From a virus: a DNA stretch of 64,000 nt. Below are positions 49,153 through 58,811 of the stretch, in pieces. Location: IMG/VR virus record IMGVR_UViG_3300037483_000361, positions 1-64,000 of that record. The stretch is one strand, 5' to 3'. Position numbers and translations under genes: made by a program. A model generated the notes under the pieces. The model did no database searches. It was not told the origin of the DNA and was given only the letters and a program-made list of their open reading frames with translations. How positions within the stretch are numbered: position 1 is the stretch's first letter; each line of letters begins with the position of its first letter.

Positions 49153-51156
49153 TTACTGCAACGCGCGGCCAATAATATCTGAGTCGGGAAATCGCACTTC
49201 AAAGATCATCGGGTCTAGTGATGGAAAAATGATTTGCAAGTTCTCATCAAGAGCATTTCCCGCTATGTCATAACGGAAGTTTTCATAATCTCCGCCATCT
49301 TTGAAAGCGTATCTATTAAAAACTTCAAGTTCCACAACACTCTGTACGCCCTCGACGGATGCCAACGTAAGATACAAATCATTCAATACAATGGGTTGGT
49401 TAACATCCCACCGAGAGATGTCAAAGAAATTCTTAACTGCATCGATGGCATTTGCCAATACGACATTCACATTCTTGTTCTTGTACACTACAACTTTAAA
49501 CTTGATGCCGATATTAACTACAAAAGCGTCAAGAATCTGAATATCATCAGTCAACATCTTGAATTGACTAAGATATCGTTTCAGATTGAGTTTCACTTGA
49601 TCATTCAATCGGCGAAGTCGTTTGTTGTTGTCAAATCCTAAAACATAAATGTTAATCAGTCGTGGGTTACCAGCATTCTGAACTAATACATCTGTAGAAG
49701 AAATGGGTGCTATGCTATTATCCACGCGAACATCGGCCAAACGAGAATTCTCAACTGCTGCTAACTGATCGTCCTGAATGACAAAAGATTTTGCAATACC
49801 ACCAAAACGGGGCGACATCGCATGAACGCGTGCTTTATAGTCTGCTACGGTAACCAACCGGTTTTGTGAATTGAAAAATGCTAGAGTCGATTGACGAATT
49901 TCTTCAACTGAATCTTGACCCTTACCGCCCGTGGCCGGATCGGGATTATTGACCGCGAGCGAACGAATTGCATCGTCAAACAGTGGTTGCTCTTCTACGC
50001 TAAACACATCACGATCATTAGACACCGAAACTTGACGGATGCGAGTGATTGTGTTAGCAGGAACATTGCTCTCTATGCCACCGCCGGTAACATAAGTAAT
50101 GGTAAGTGCAGTATTAGACGGCGCCAAACCGAAGGAATTGCTCGATAGAAAGTCTGCCGGGTCCAACGAAGTAGAACCTAATCGAGTTTGAAATTCATCC
50201 GAAGCAATCTTGCTTGCGTCGAGTGTAATCAACTCATCCTCATCATGTAAGACCCCCGAACCAAAGATAATTTCCAGTTTGAAATCAGAATTATACCGGC
50301 TAACAAATCGGCGAGCAGTCTTCTTAAATTTGATAATCTTCGAAGGACCAAGACTAACTTCATTGCCAACCGAACCCATTAGTGAAGCGATATTTGTCTT
50401 TTCATCAATGATCACGTCCTGTGCCAGATAGTCAACTTCACTCCATTCATTTCCATTCGAATCAACAATGCTCAAAATACCCAGCACATTCTCATCAGAA
50501 AGTTGAATTTTACTGAATCGAATTGGGTCTGTAAAGATACGAGCAATAGTCTTAATTACTCCAGCTTCAAGCTTAACCTTCTTGCGAACAAGATAGGTCA
50601 GTGGGTTATTATTGCCATCAATAGAAAATACAGTAACTTTGCGATTGTCTGCATCGCCGGCACCAAAATCAATATCCTCTACATTACGAAAGTCAACTTG
50701 GCCAAATTCTTGAGAACGTTGAAAAACACTATTAGCTGCGATCTTGAGATAGAATCGAGAGTCGGGCGCAAAGCCCGAACCGCTTGCTAAAGCAGGAACC
50801 AATTGAAACATATCTGCTATGGTAGAGGCGGCGGCGGCTGGCTTGGGCTTATATCCAAACGCCTGCGCAATACTGATAATGCTTTCATTTTCTTGAGCGA
50901 AATTTACAAGGTTCTCTCGAAACTGATTGTCGATGTAGTAGGAAAGCACATCACCAATATATGATGTCATTTCAATAAACATCATACCCGGCGATGCTTC
51001 GTTGAAGTCTGTATAGCTGTCAGGAAAATAAACCTTAGCAAAATCAATCAAGCTTTGTCGAAACTCAGGAAATGTTTTGTTGAGGAAACGAATCTCCTTT
51101 GAGATCGGCGCAAAGTCTTTTGACAGGCGTGGTATATTAGCTATATGTGTAGCCAC
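49153..51156 (-). CDS. Baseplate wedge subunit, T4 gp6-like
   Basis: DFNEASPGMMFIE..SYIGDVLSYY, ATGG...DSVEEIR and QNRLVTVADY motifs. Confidence 0.88.
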   Translation of the reverse strand: MATHIANIPRLSKDFAPISKEIRFLNKTFPEFRQSLIDFAKVYFPDSYTDFNEASPGMMFIEMTSYIGDVLSYYIDNQFRENLVNFAQENESIISIAQAFGYKPKPAAAASTIADMFQLVPALASGSGFAPDSRFYLKIAANSVFQRSQEFGQVDFRNVEDIDFGAGDADNRKVTVFSIDGNNNPLTYLVRKKVKLEAGVIKTIARIFTDPIRFSKIQLSDENVLGILSIVDSNGNEWSEVDYLAQDVIIDEKTNIASLMGSVGNEVSLGPSKIIKFKKTARRFVSRYNSDFKLEIIFGSGVLHDEDELITLDASKIASDEFQTRLGSTSLDPADFLSSNSFGLAPSNTALTITYVTGGGIESNVPANTITRIRQVSVSNDRDVFSVEEQPLFDDAIRSLAVNNPDPATGGKGQDSVEEIRQSTLAFFNSQNRLVTVADYKARVHAMSPRFGGIAKSFVIQDDQLAAVENSRLADVRVDNSIAPISSTDVLVQNAGNPRLINIYVLGFDNNKRLRRLNDQVKLNLKRYLSQFKMLTDDIQILDAFVVNIGIKFKVVVYKNKNVNVVLANAIDAVKNFFDISRWDVNQPIVLNDLYLTLASVEGVQSVVELEVFNRYAFKDGGDYENFRYDIAGNALDENLQIIFPSLDPMIFEVRFPDSDIIGRALQ

Positions 51157-51166
51157 AACTATCTCC

Positions 51167-51541
51167 TTAGAATTCTATAACTATAGTTGCAGTGATAACC
51201 GTGTTAATGCGTAAACTAAAAGTTATCTCAACTAGTGTGAAATTGCGGTCTTCGTTGCGTGTAACAATTTGATCTTCAATATTAAGAAACGGCATCCATT
51301 TGGACACAGCACTGACAATTGATTGCTTGACGTTTTGTTCATATTGTTCGTCCATTTGTGTAAAAACAAGCAAGTGAATGTCACATCCAAACGTAGGCTG
51401 AAAAACTCTCTCACCCTTGCGAGTCAGAAGCAAATTGATAAGATTGGACTTGACTTGTTCAATGGGCGTGAATGCCTGCGCAAAAAAACCGGTCTTGCCC
51501 CGCGTAATCGGTAAAGTGATCCCCAGTGCTATATCTGCCAT
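51167..51541 (-). CDS. Baseplate wedge protein, gp25-like
   Basis: NLINLLLTRKGERVFQPTFG...WMP. Confidence 0.9.
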   Translation of the reverse strand: MADIALGITLPITRGKTGFFAQAFTPIEQVKSNLINLLLTRKGERVFQPTFGCDIHLLVFTQMDEQYEQNVKQSIVSAVSKWMPFLNIEDQIVTRNEDRNFTLVEITFSLRINTVITATIVIEF

Positions 51542-52080
51542 TAACTTCTCGATTTCATGCCAGGGCGCCAATTAGATTTCTGTTCTGCTGCTTCGAGCAC
51601 CTTCTTTGCGTTCTTACCAAGTGCTTGAACTATCTGTGCTGGAACTTCAGCGCCGGCGGGCATTGCTGGAATATTGGTGAATTGAGGGTCATATGCTTCA
51701 TCAACTTCCGACGGAATTGCTTCGGACACTTTTGTATTATAATCTCGTAGATGCGCTACGCCGGCTGCTAGCTCATGTTCCATTAGACCACCAACAACCG
51801 GAACTCCCGCAATCTTTCGGATAGGCGGTACAGCGGCAGACCGTAAGCCTGGCTTCATATCTCCATAACCAAACATCGCGGCCAACTTCGTTCTGTCCAG
51901 AGGTGCGGCTGGTTTGCGTGGCTTGCGGGATTCTGCCACAACGCGCCGTTTGGCTGGCGGGCGCGCAGAACCTTGAGCCAAGACATCTCGAATTGCCTCT
52001 GAGATAAGTTGGGGAAGTATCTCGTATAATTCTTTTCTAACTTCTTCTCGAACCATTTTTCTGAGTTCTTCTTTATTCAT
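51541..52080 (-). CDS. Hypothetical protein with MVREEV leader
   Basis: N-terminus MNKEELRKMVREEVRKELYE. Confidence 0.55.
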   Translation of the reverse strand: MNKEELRKMVREEVRKELYEILPQLISEAIRDVLAQGSARPPAKRRVVAESRKPRKPAAPLDRTKLAAMFGYGDMKPGLRSAAVPPIRKIAGVPVVGGLMEHELAAGVAHLRDYNTKVSEAIPSEVDEAYDPQFTNIPAMPAGAEVPAQIVQALGKNAKKVLEAAEQKSNWRPGMKSRS

Positions 52081-52089
52081 AACATCCTC

Positions 52090-53433
52090 TTAGACTACAA
52101 AATTGGTTTGCGACTCAAAGGGAGCTTTCTTAGACCCAGCTACCTTAGTTCGAAGAGTTTGAAGAGCGGCCACCACAGCAGGAGACAGCGGCCCAATACC
52201 AATAGTTGGTAGTGTGTGCGACGTAGCGTTCTTCAAATGTGCATCAATAAACTCCAAAAGAAATGCACGAAGGTCTTCGCCGCGAACAAGTGGTTGCGCT
52301 TCATTATCCAAACTTCCAATGAAAATTTTTGGTGCTACAATTGCGTAAGTATCATTGCTTCGTTCAATCGTCTTTCCCGTTACTTCGGAAGTTTTGCTTG
52401 CGCCTACCTTCAATAAGTAATCAGCACCTACAGTTATGAGGTACTTTTGGCCAATTTCTATTTCACGATTAACCGCTGCATAACTTCTATAATTCTTTTC
52501 TGTATCTACAGTATGATCCTGCATTGTACTGAAATGCGTACCAAGAAAAGTGCTCACCAAAAGTTTGTCAGCTCTGGTATTAAGAACAATGCGGTCGGAA
52601 TTAAGAATGATCTGATTGCCATCCAAAGTGCCCGGAGCAGTTGCCGATTTGAAATGAGTTTGACCACGAATTGTGGCGAAAGTTAGTGGAATCGTTTGAT
52701 TCGCCACCATCCATATCGATGACCGATCTTCGTTAATATCTTCATCAATCAAACTATATGGACTATCCGTGCTGCGTTGTGCATTAGGATTCGGGCCACA
52801 ACGAAGAAGAAGAGTTGGGCTTAATTCTACATCTGGCGTGGAACCTAGTCGAATAGACTGCCCGGTGCGGCCTTCGTAGATGATGTCGCCCTCACGAGAG
52901 CGGAGGCGGTAGACCGTCGGCTTGTCCTCGAAGTAGGCGCCGAGGCGGTCGCTCTCTTGCTGCTGGTCGTCGCGCACGGGCGCGCCCGAGTCGGACACAC
53001 GGGACATTTCAGAAGTTTGCTGCTCAGTGCTCGGCCGAGCCTTGAGACCATCGTTGAGACCGAAGAGCGGCTGCGCGGTGACGCGGTTGGACACGTTGAG
53101 CCGGCGGGTGTAGTAGAATCGATTCAGCGCTGGCATGACTAAAACGATTTCGTTCAAAAGCGGATAATCTGTGACATTAGAAGACATCGGAAATGCCCAC
53201 GTCAAGTTGCTAGCTTGCTCAAACGCATCACTACTCAACATGCGAACCTTCACTGCGCCGACATTGTAACCATCAGTATCATAGTCGGGATGTTGATCAT
53301 TAACAACCACATCAACAACAATTGCTTCTTCTAATTGAAATGTTTCTTGGTATGATGTGCCAAAAGAACCCTGATTAAACGGGTTGGCTTGTGTAAACCG
53401 GAAAGTATAATTGGCGCGTTTGACTCTGGACAT
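52090..53433 (-). CDS. Baseplate hub/central spike protein (gp5/gpV-like)
   Basis: OB-fold WAFP...YPLLNEIV, EGDIIYEGRTGQSIRLG, QIILNSDR and QPLVRGEDL motifs. Confidence 0.7.
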   Translation of the reverse strand: MSRVKRANYTFRFTQANPFNQGSFGTSYQETFQLEEAIVVDVVVNDQHPDYDTDGYNVGAVKVRMLSSDAFEQASNLTWAFPMSSNVTDYPLLNEIVLVMPALNRFYYTRRLNVSNRVTAQPLFGLNDGLKARPSTEQQTSEMSRVSDSGAPVRDDQQQESDRLGAYFEDKPTVYRLRSREGDIIYEGRTGQSIRLGSTPDVELSPTLLLRCGPNPNAQRSTDSPYSLIDEDINEDRSSIWMVANQTIPLTFATIRGQTHFKSATAPGTLDGNQIILNSDRIVLNTRADKLLVSTFLGTHFSTMQDHTVDTEKNYRSYAAVNREIEIGQKYLITVGADYLLKVGASKTSEVTGKTIERSNDTYAIVAPKIFIGSLDNEAQPLVRGEDLRAFLLEFIDAHLKNATSHTLPTIGIGPLSPAVVAALQTLRTKVAGSKKAPFESQTNFVV

Positions 53434-53885
53434 TATTGCTTCTTGATCTTAGAAACAGCTTCTTTCGTTTTTTCGGTGAGCTGACGCACTTCTTCATCGG
53501 CGGCGATTGCTTCTTCAAGTTCGGTAACTGCATCAACAGCAGCTTCTTCCGCAGATGCTTTTACTTCATCAAGTAGCGTCCGCTTTTCTTCCTCCGTCAA
53601 CAATTCTTCCAGGGCGTGACCCGTTGCGTGGGTTTCTGCAGTCATTAAGCGCTGGATGATAGTGGCCATTTTAACAAGATGTTCGTCGTTTTTAACTGCC
53701 ACGTCCATAAACTCCCGAACGAGCGGTGCTACTACAGCAGCGTCGTGGGGGGACGTAATCATTTTGGATAGGGTGTCCATAAGCATTTTGATCTGCTCTC
53801 GTTTATTCGCAGCGTGCTCATGAATTTCACGCATGATGTCTTGAAAATTCTTTCCCTCAAAAACTTCAGGGTTTCGCATAGTCAT
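53433..53885 (-). CDS. Conserved helical hypothetical protein
   Basis: VKNDEHLVKMATIIQR; GGAGG RBS; TATGTATA at 53902-53909. Confidence 0.55.
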   Translation of the reverse strand: MTMRNPEVFEGKNFQDIMREIHEHAANKREQIKMLMDTLSKMITSPHDAAVVAPLVREFMDVAVKNDEHLVKMATIIQRLMTAETHATGHALEELLTEEEKRTLLDEVKASAEEAAVDAVTELEEAIAADEEVRQLTEKTKEAVSKIKKQ

Positions 53886-53920
53886 AATGTAACCTCCCTA
53901 ATATACATAGTTTGAAGCAC

Positions 53921-53948
53921 AAAAATGGCGTCCGATTAGGACGCCATG
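53921..53948 (-). terminator. Rho-independent terminator
   Basis: ATGGCGTCC-TAATC-GGACGCCAT followed by TTTT. Confidence 0.8.
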
Positions 53949-53954
53949 GATGGT

Positions 53955-54671
53955 CTAGTGGTAGATGAAATATTGCGATTGATCTGCTATGGTTCCTTTA
54001 TCTCTGAACTCTGCTCGATGGGCATCAACGTATTCAGACATCTTGTTGACCACTCTAGTAATGTTACTAGTCTTATATCCAGTCATTTCTCGAACCATCA
54101 AATACAAAGCTTTTTTATTGAAATTATCAATTCCCTCTGCCCGGCGAAACAGCATAAGAATCGCCTCGACAATTTCCTGATCCTTGGATTTCTTAAAAAC
54201 ACGAGCAAGATTGTGATCCCAATATTCTAACATCAACCGAACAAATTCCTTAGCATCTTTCCGTGTATCATTTTGCCGTTCATCGGTCGAAAGAACATCT
54301 TCAAGCGGTGCTTGGCCATCTTCGGAATCGGAAAAATAGACCGATCTTTTCTCATGCTTGTATCGATTGTTGTTGTTGAGAATGAGATAATTCTTTGCGA
54401 TCACCGACAAATAGGAAAATGCTTTGCCCTTACCTTCCGAATACTTGGAAAGGTTGAGAACCAAAAACGAAACCACTTGATCCTTCACATCTTTAAACGA
54501 ACTATCCATATATGGAAATTTGAACCGATTAATGATGTTCTCGGCTAACTTATCCAGCGGATAGTAAATATGCTCCCGAAAGATGCGATTGCGTTCATCG
54601 GAATCATCACAATTGTTATATTGAATTATGGCGTTTTCGGTTTCTTTAGTAAAATAATTCTTACTGCTCAT
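53955..54671 (-). CDS. Phage sigma factor, T4 gp55-like (putative late sigma)
   Basis: NYF N-terminus, KLAENII and KY...KGKAFSYLSVIAKN, resembling sigma region 2. Confidence 0.65.
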   Translation of the reverse strand: MSSKNYFTKETENAIIQYNNCDDSDERNRIFREHIYYPLDKLAENIINRFKFPYMDSSFKDVKDQVVSFLVLNLSKYSEGKGKAFSYLSVIAKNYLILNNNNRYKHEKRSVYFSDSEDGQAPLEDVLSTDERQNDTRKDAKEFVRLMLEYWDHNLARVFKKSKDQEIVEAILMLFRRAEGIDNFNKKALYLMVREMTGYKTSNITRVVNKMSEYVDAHRAEFRDKGTIADQSQYFIYH

Positions 54672-54942
54672 TGGATTCGTCCATTGCTTCTTCCACACCA
54701 ATGAACTTTGCATAATCCGCGACAATTTCTTTCAGTGAGCGAAATACTAGCCCGACCTCATCATCCGCAGCAAACGCGCCACGTTCATCAAGGTCTCTCA
54801 TATCTTGATATGCGTGGTGCGCCGCAATATAGGACTGGTCTAGGAAATTCTCTGTGATTTCTGCTTTTCGTGAAAGGTTCCATGTCGCGAACCCCAATAC
54901 ACAGTTCAATAGGAAGGAAATAATTAGTGCGGTTAAAATCAT
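54661..54942 (-). CDS. Small membrane-anchored protein
   Basis: N-terminal TM; GAFAADDEVG. Confidence 0.55.
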   Translation of the reverse strand: MILTALIISFLLNCVLGFATWNLSRKAEITENFLDQSYIAAHHAYQDMRDLDERGAFAADDEVGLVFRSLKEIVADYAKFIGVEEAMDESNEQ

Positions 54943-54960
54943 TGTAAACCTCTATATTGT

Positions 54961-54989
54961 AAACTACAACTACTAGTCCAACATGTCAA
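54961..54989 (-). promoter_or_regulatory. Sigma70-type promoter
   Basis: TTGACA-17 bp-TAGTTT. Confidence 0.55.
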
Positions 54990-55593
54990 GCGTATATCCC
55001 GAGAATTTGGAAAGATATTCTCCAACCGAGGTACCATTGCCATCAATCGTTCGTGGGCGGATAAGTCGTCCGTTAACCGAAATAGTATATGCTGGATCAA
55101 AAAATGCTCTAAGACCATGCGGACCCACAAGATGTGCTCCTGCTAGAAGTCCCGATTCCGTAATATAAATTCCTTGATACCATCTGCCATTAAATCTACC
55201 AATGATATCATCAATATTTATACGATTGTCTCGGAGATACTGCGCCATTGCGCTATCTTGTAGTGCAGCATTTCCAAGAAACTCTTCCCGAGTAACCTTG
55301 AATTGCTTACCCATCGCCCATAATGTACGAGGACTAAACTGATACTTGCCAAGATTTCCATAGCGATTGACTACAGTATCATTACCACGAGATTCGCGTT
55401 CCGCAATAGCGGCCATAAACACATACAAGTCGCCGCGATCCGACACCGGCGGCCTAATGATATGAGCGGTTTCAAGTACCTTAATGGTTCCCATCTCATT
55501 AAGAATACTGCTGCCCCTTTGATATTGAACGATGGACAACAGCCATAGTAACGGCACAAAAAGACTATATACTACATGCGTCGTTGCTTTCAT
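54973..55593 (-). CDS. Lysozyme-fold/lytic transglycosylase-like protein with N-terminal hydrophobic segment
   Basis: IAERES.G...N.YG.LGKYQF, Q D and AAHLVG-like motifs. Start moved to MKATTH (GAGG RBS). Confidence 0.7.
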   Translation of the reverse strand: MKATTHVVYSLFVPLLWLLSIVQYQRGSSILNEMGTIKVLETAHIIRPPVSDRGDLYVFMAAIAERESRGNDTVVNRYGNLGKYQFSPRTLWAMGKQFKVTREEFLGNAALQDSAMAQYLRDNRINIDDIIGRFNGRWYQGIYITESGLLAGAHLVGPHGLRAFFDPAYTISVNGRLIRPRTIDGNGTSVGEYLSKFSGYTLDMLD

Positions 55594-55612
55594 ATATATC
55601 CTCATAATTGAG

Positions 55613-56266
55613 TTATTCAAGCTCCACATTGTCCTGAAGGATTTGGGCATAGAATGCATTCTGTGCTTCCTGGCGGTCAATGTGCTTGTGGTGTAAGAGA
55701 GCGAATGTTTCCTCGGCGGGAAGATGACTAAAAGCGTCAAACCCATCGATGCGTTCATGCACTCGGCCAATCCACATAATCTCTGGACTGTTACGATACA
55801 ACCGTGTTTGATAATCCGGCCACATAATCCATCCCCGATCATTAACACGCCAATTCCATTCTCGAATATGCTCATCCGTCAATCCCATAACGGTATTCAC
55901 TCGCGGGACCAAAAACAAATCTACTTTAGAATTGGCGTTGAGAATGTCGTGAAGATTATCCAGCAGGTCGGGCGACAAGGTTTCATCAGCATCGATCTGA
56001 AAGATGTAATCGCCCTTACAGAGAGCGTTCAAATAACTTTTGTGTGCTCCGAAATCACGTTCGAGAGCATGCTGATACGATGTGACGTATGAAAGACTTG
56101 CATACTCTTCAAGAATGCTTACGGTATCGGCGTCCGTCGAAAAATCATCCAGAATGACGATTTCGTCATCGGTGTCATTCTCTTCAATAAAATCACGAAG
56201 TTGCGCTAGTAAATCGCCGAGCCGCTCACCTTCGTTATGTACGGTTACTGCAAATGATATTCGCAT
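55613..56266 (-). CDS. Glycosyltransferase family 2
   Basis: ISFAVTVHNE, ILDDFSTD, DADE (DxD), PDYQTRL and VHE motifs. Confidence 0.9.
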   Translation of the reverse strand: MRISFAVTVHNEGERLGDLLAQLRDFIEENDTDDEIVILDDFSTDADTVSILEEYASLSYVTSYQHALERDFGAHKSYLNALCKGDYIFQIDADETLSPDLLDNLHDILNANSKVDLFLVPRVNTVMGLTDEHIREWNWRVNDRGWIMWPDYQTRLYRNSPEIMWIGRVHERIDGFDAFSHLPAEETFALLHHKHIDRQEAQNAFYAQILQDNVELE

Positions 56267-56290
56267 AAAACCCTTTTGTAACAATTACTC

Positions 56291-56323
56291 TATAAGTATA
56301 TGACTATTCTTTAGAAGTGTCAA
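56291..56323 (-). promoter_or_regulatory. Sigma70 promoter overlapping a TACTTATA motif
   Basis: TTGACA-17 bp-TATACT, continuing as TATA. Confidence 0.65.
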
Positions 56324-57485
56324 GCGTAGGCTTGATGTGCATGCGATAGTACTCTACAGCATCCGGGTGTCTTTCCCACTCGGCTCTACGTCCTTTCCAA
56401 TCATAGCCAGGACGTTCAAAGAACGGATGTTCGTCATAGTTGATCAGATGTTTCGGCTCTCGCTTGAAAATGTGACTAGCTAACTGGTCGGCGTGACGCA
56501 TGTGCATAATGCGGTCAGGCGTGTCCGGCGTACCATGTACGATTTCTTGCTGAATGGCGTCCGCGTCTTTGCCGGTCACGGTCGGCGTTGCGGGGATCGC
56601 CGCCAACATGGACTTCGTGCGCTCGTGTGCAACGGAGACACGATTCGCAGACATACGTTTGCGTAAGTTAGAAAACGGCCGTGCCATGACTTCCATTCCC
56701 GGATCGATTTCGTCTGCTTGACCTTTGCGTTCACGCATGACGATATTGTTGTAAGCCAGGATGAGCGATACAGCAAGGGGATCAAACACAAAAACGATAA
56801 CCAATACGAACCACTTCACCACCGTATCCAATGGAACATTCAACGCTCGAGCGATGTAAACGAACGTACCAATCTTGCTATTCGTATTCAGTTCGGCATT
56901 GAGACCAACCTTAACCGTCTCTAAACTATCTCGCTCGGATTGAGCCGTTGTAATAAAGAGTTGATTAGTGCGGCGTTCTGCATCTAACTGCGCGATTTCA
57001 TTCCTGAGATTAGCAAACGCACTGCGTTGACTGAGTTCCGTATTGCCTGCCAATACATTGTCGAGTGACCGTTGCGCTTGTGCTTGGCGTCCTCCCAATG
57101 TGTTATTGTCGTTTGCCCACCGAGTGATGTTGTCGTTCAAAGTTGTTTGCCGGGATTCAACCGCGGTAATTTGATTAAGCGTATTCTGTGGAACTGACGC
57201 GATTGAAGCATATGCCGCAGAAAGATACGCGTAGATGCCCAATGATGTGATCATCATGAGAACAACTACACCTGAAATCAAGTAACCCTTGAGAGGCCGA
57301 GGCGTTCCTTTCCAATACCGATACAAGAATGATGCTGCTACCAGCTTTCCAACTTCTAGTGAGGCCGCCATAACAAGCACCGCATAGAATTTTCCCGAAA
57401 ACAGCGTAGCAATGCCGGTGACGGAAAAGAAAGCTGCGCAGAGCGCAATGAAAATGGCTGAAAACCAGACGATGAATTTAAACAT
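56304..57485 (-). CDS. Multi-TM coiled-coil membrane protein
   Basis: Three N-terminal TMs (LEVGKLV), a coiled coil, then a TM with VFDPLAV. Confidence 0.65.
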   Translation of the reverse strand: MFKFIVWFSAIFIALCAAFFSVTGIATLFSGKFYAVLVMAASLEVGKLVAASFLYRYWKGTPRPLKGYLISGVVVLMMITSLGIYAYLSAAYASIASVPQNTLNQITAVESRQTTLNDNITRWANDNNTLGGRQAQAQRSLDNVLAGNTELSQRSAFANLRNEIAQLDAERRTNQLFITTAQSERDSLETVKVGLNAELNTNSKIGTFVYIARALNVPLDTVVKWFVLVIVFVFDPLAVSLILAYNNIVMRERKGQADEIDPGMEVMARPFSNLRKRMSANRVSVAHERTKSMLAAIPATPTVTGKDADAIQQEIVHGTPDTPDRIMHMRHADQLASHIFKREPKHLINYDEHPFFERPGYDWKGRRAEWERHPDAVEYYRMHIKPTLDTSKE

Positions 57486-57516
57486 TATGTACTATAAGTA
57501 GTCCGCCGAACTACTC

Positions 57517-58140
57517 TTAGGTCCACATGCTTCCGCGAACTTGAATCAGGCGAATGAGCTGTTCATTGTCTTCCGTAGTAAATAGTTCCTCTTCATTGAA
57601 CGCCTTAGTTCCTGCGGCGGCGGCCTCGGGGTCTGGTTCAACACTGCCGCCCTCCCGAATGGTGATGATCGGATCAGGCAGAGCATTCCACGGATCGATT
57701 CTCGCTGGGCGAACATCCTTGTACCACAAATACAAATCTTTGATGATGGCAGATGACTGAGACTGATGTGGGGAATCATCCCCCAACTGAACTTCCCACG
57801 CCAAATAACGGAGGCCAAGTTCTCGGCCATTCTTAATCGGAACCCATCGATGATACCAACGAGCATGGCCTTCCGTAAGCAACTGCATCCACGCCAATTC
57901 CTTTTCCACATAGTCTACGAGAATCTGAAAACAGGCCTCGAAAACACGAGTATCAGAATCGTACCATTCGCCACGACGGAGAGCATGCATGCATACTACA
58001 TTGTGCCGCCTAAGCAGATTGATGATAGTGCGCCGCAACTGAATAAGGTACCAATGAATGGTACGAATCACGGGAAAATCGTACCAATACGAATCTTTTC
58101 GATTCAAAACATTGGGGGAAATGGCTCGAACTTTGGTCAT
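57517..58140 (-). CDS. Hypothetical protein
   Basis: GAGG RBS; Trp-rich ORF. Confidence 0.55.
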   Translation of the reverse strand: MTKVRAISPNVLNRKDSYWYDFPVIRTIHWYLIQLRRTIINLLRRHNVVCMHALRRGEWYDSDTRVFEACFQILVDYVEKELAWMQLLTEGHARWYHRWVPIKNGRELGLRYLAWEVQLGDDSPHQSQSSAIIKDLYLWYKDVRPARIDPWNALPDPIITIREGGSVEPDPEAAAAGTKAFNEEELFTTEDNEQLIRLIQVRGSMWT

Positions 58141-58152
58141 GTTAAATGCCTC

Positions 58153-58806
58153 TTAGCTGTTGAGTCTCCACTGGTCACGTTCACCAATCGTAGACATATG
58201 ATCTGCGAAGTGCAACACATAGTGCAGATTGGTGTGAAACGCCTGCGGCGGATACGAATAACTAATGAAATATGGTTCGTTTCCCTTGGAGTACAAACCA
58301 TCATGAACCAGAATAGCCTTCCATTCCTTTGGGGTGATCGCGACGCCGAAGTGGTTTAGTAAATGTAATGAGCGATCTGGAACCGCCATGAACGTCAGAT
58401 CGGTATTATGCTTATACAGCTCGCCACGATTTTCACGATGCCAATCGGATGTTTGCGGAACATAATAGGGGAGATCTAGATCGCCCAGCTTCCCTAGATC
58501 ATGAAACATGGCGGTAAAAATTGCTTCTTCTTTGGTGAAATCAATTTGCGCACCACGTTTCTTGAGAATAACGGCGACTTGAATCACACCCTCAATGACG
58601 TTGTGAACGTGATCCAGATACCCACCAGGATAGCAGTTATGATAATGTGCCATCCCGGAGGCTGGTGCCGACACCATGCGTTCTGCAAAGTGTTCGAACA
58701 ACTTCTCAATTTTTGCAAACCGTTCCGGTGAAAAGTTGTCTTTTGCGATCTGTATCATTTTCTCTAACTGATCGACCGCGGTTGGTTTTGCTACGGATTT
58801 GGTCAT
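58153..58806 (-). CDS. HD-domain phosphohydrolase (YhaM-like HD)
   Basis: APAS...YH..YPGGYLDH, FHDLGK, HDG and ADH motifs. Confidence 0.85.
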   Translation of the reverse strand: MTKSVAKPTAVDQLEKMIQIAKDNFSPERFAKIEKLFEHFAERMVSAPASGMAHYHNCYPGGYLDHVHNVIEGVIQVAVILKKRGAQIDFTKEEAIFTAMFHDLGKLGDLDLPYYVPQTSDWHRENRGELYKHNTDLTFMAVPDRSLHLLNHFGVAITPKEWKAILVHDGLYSKGNEPYFISYSYPPQAFHTNLHYVLHFADHMSTIGERDQWRLNS

Positions 58807-58811
58807 ACCTT

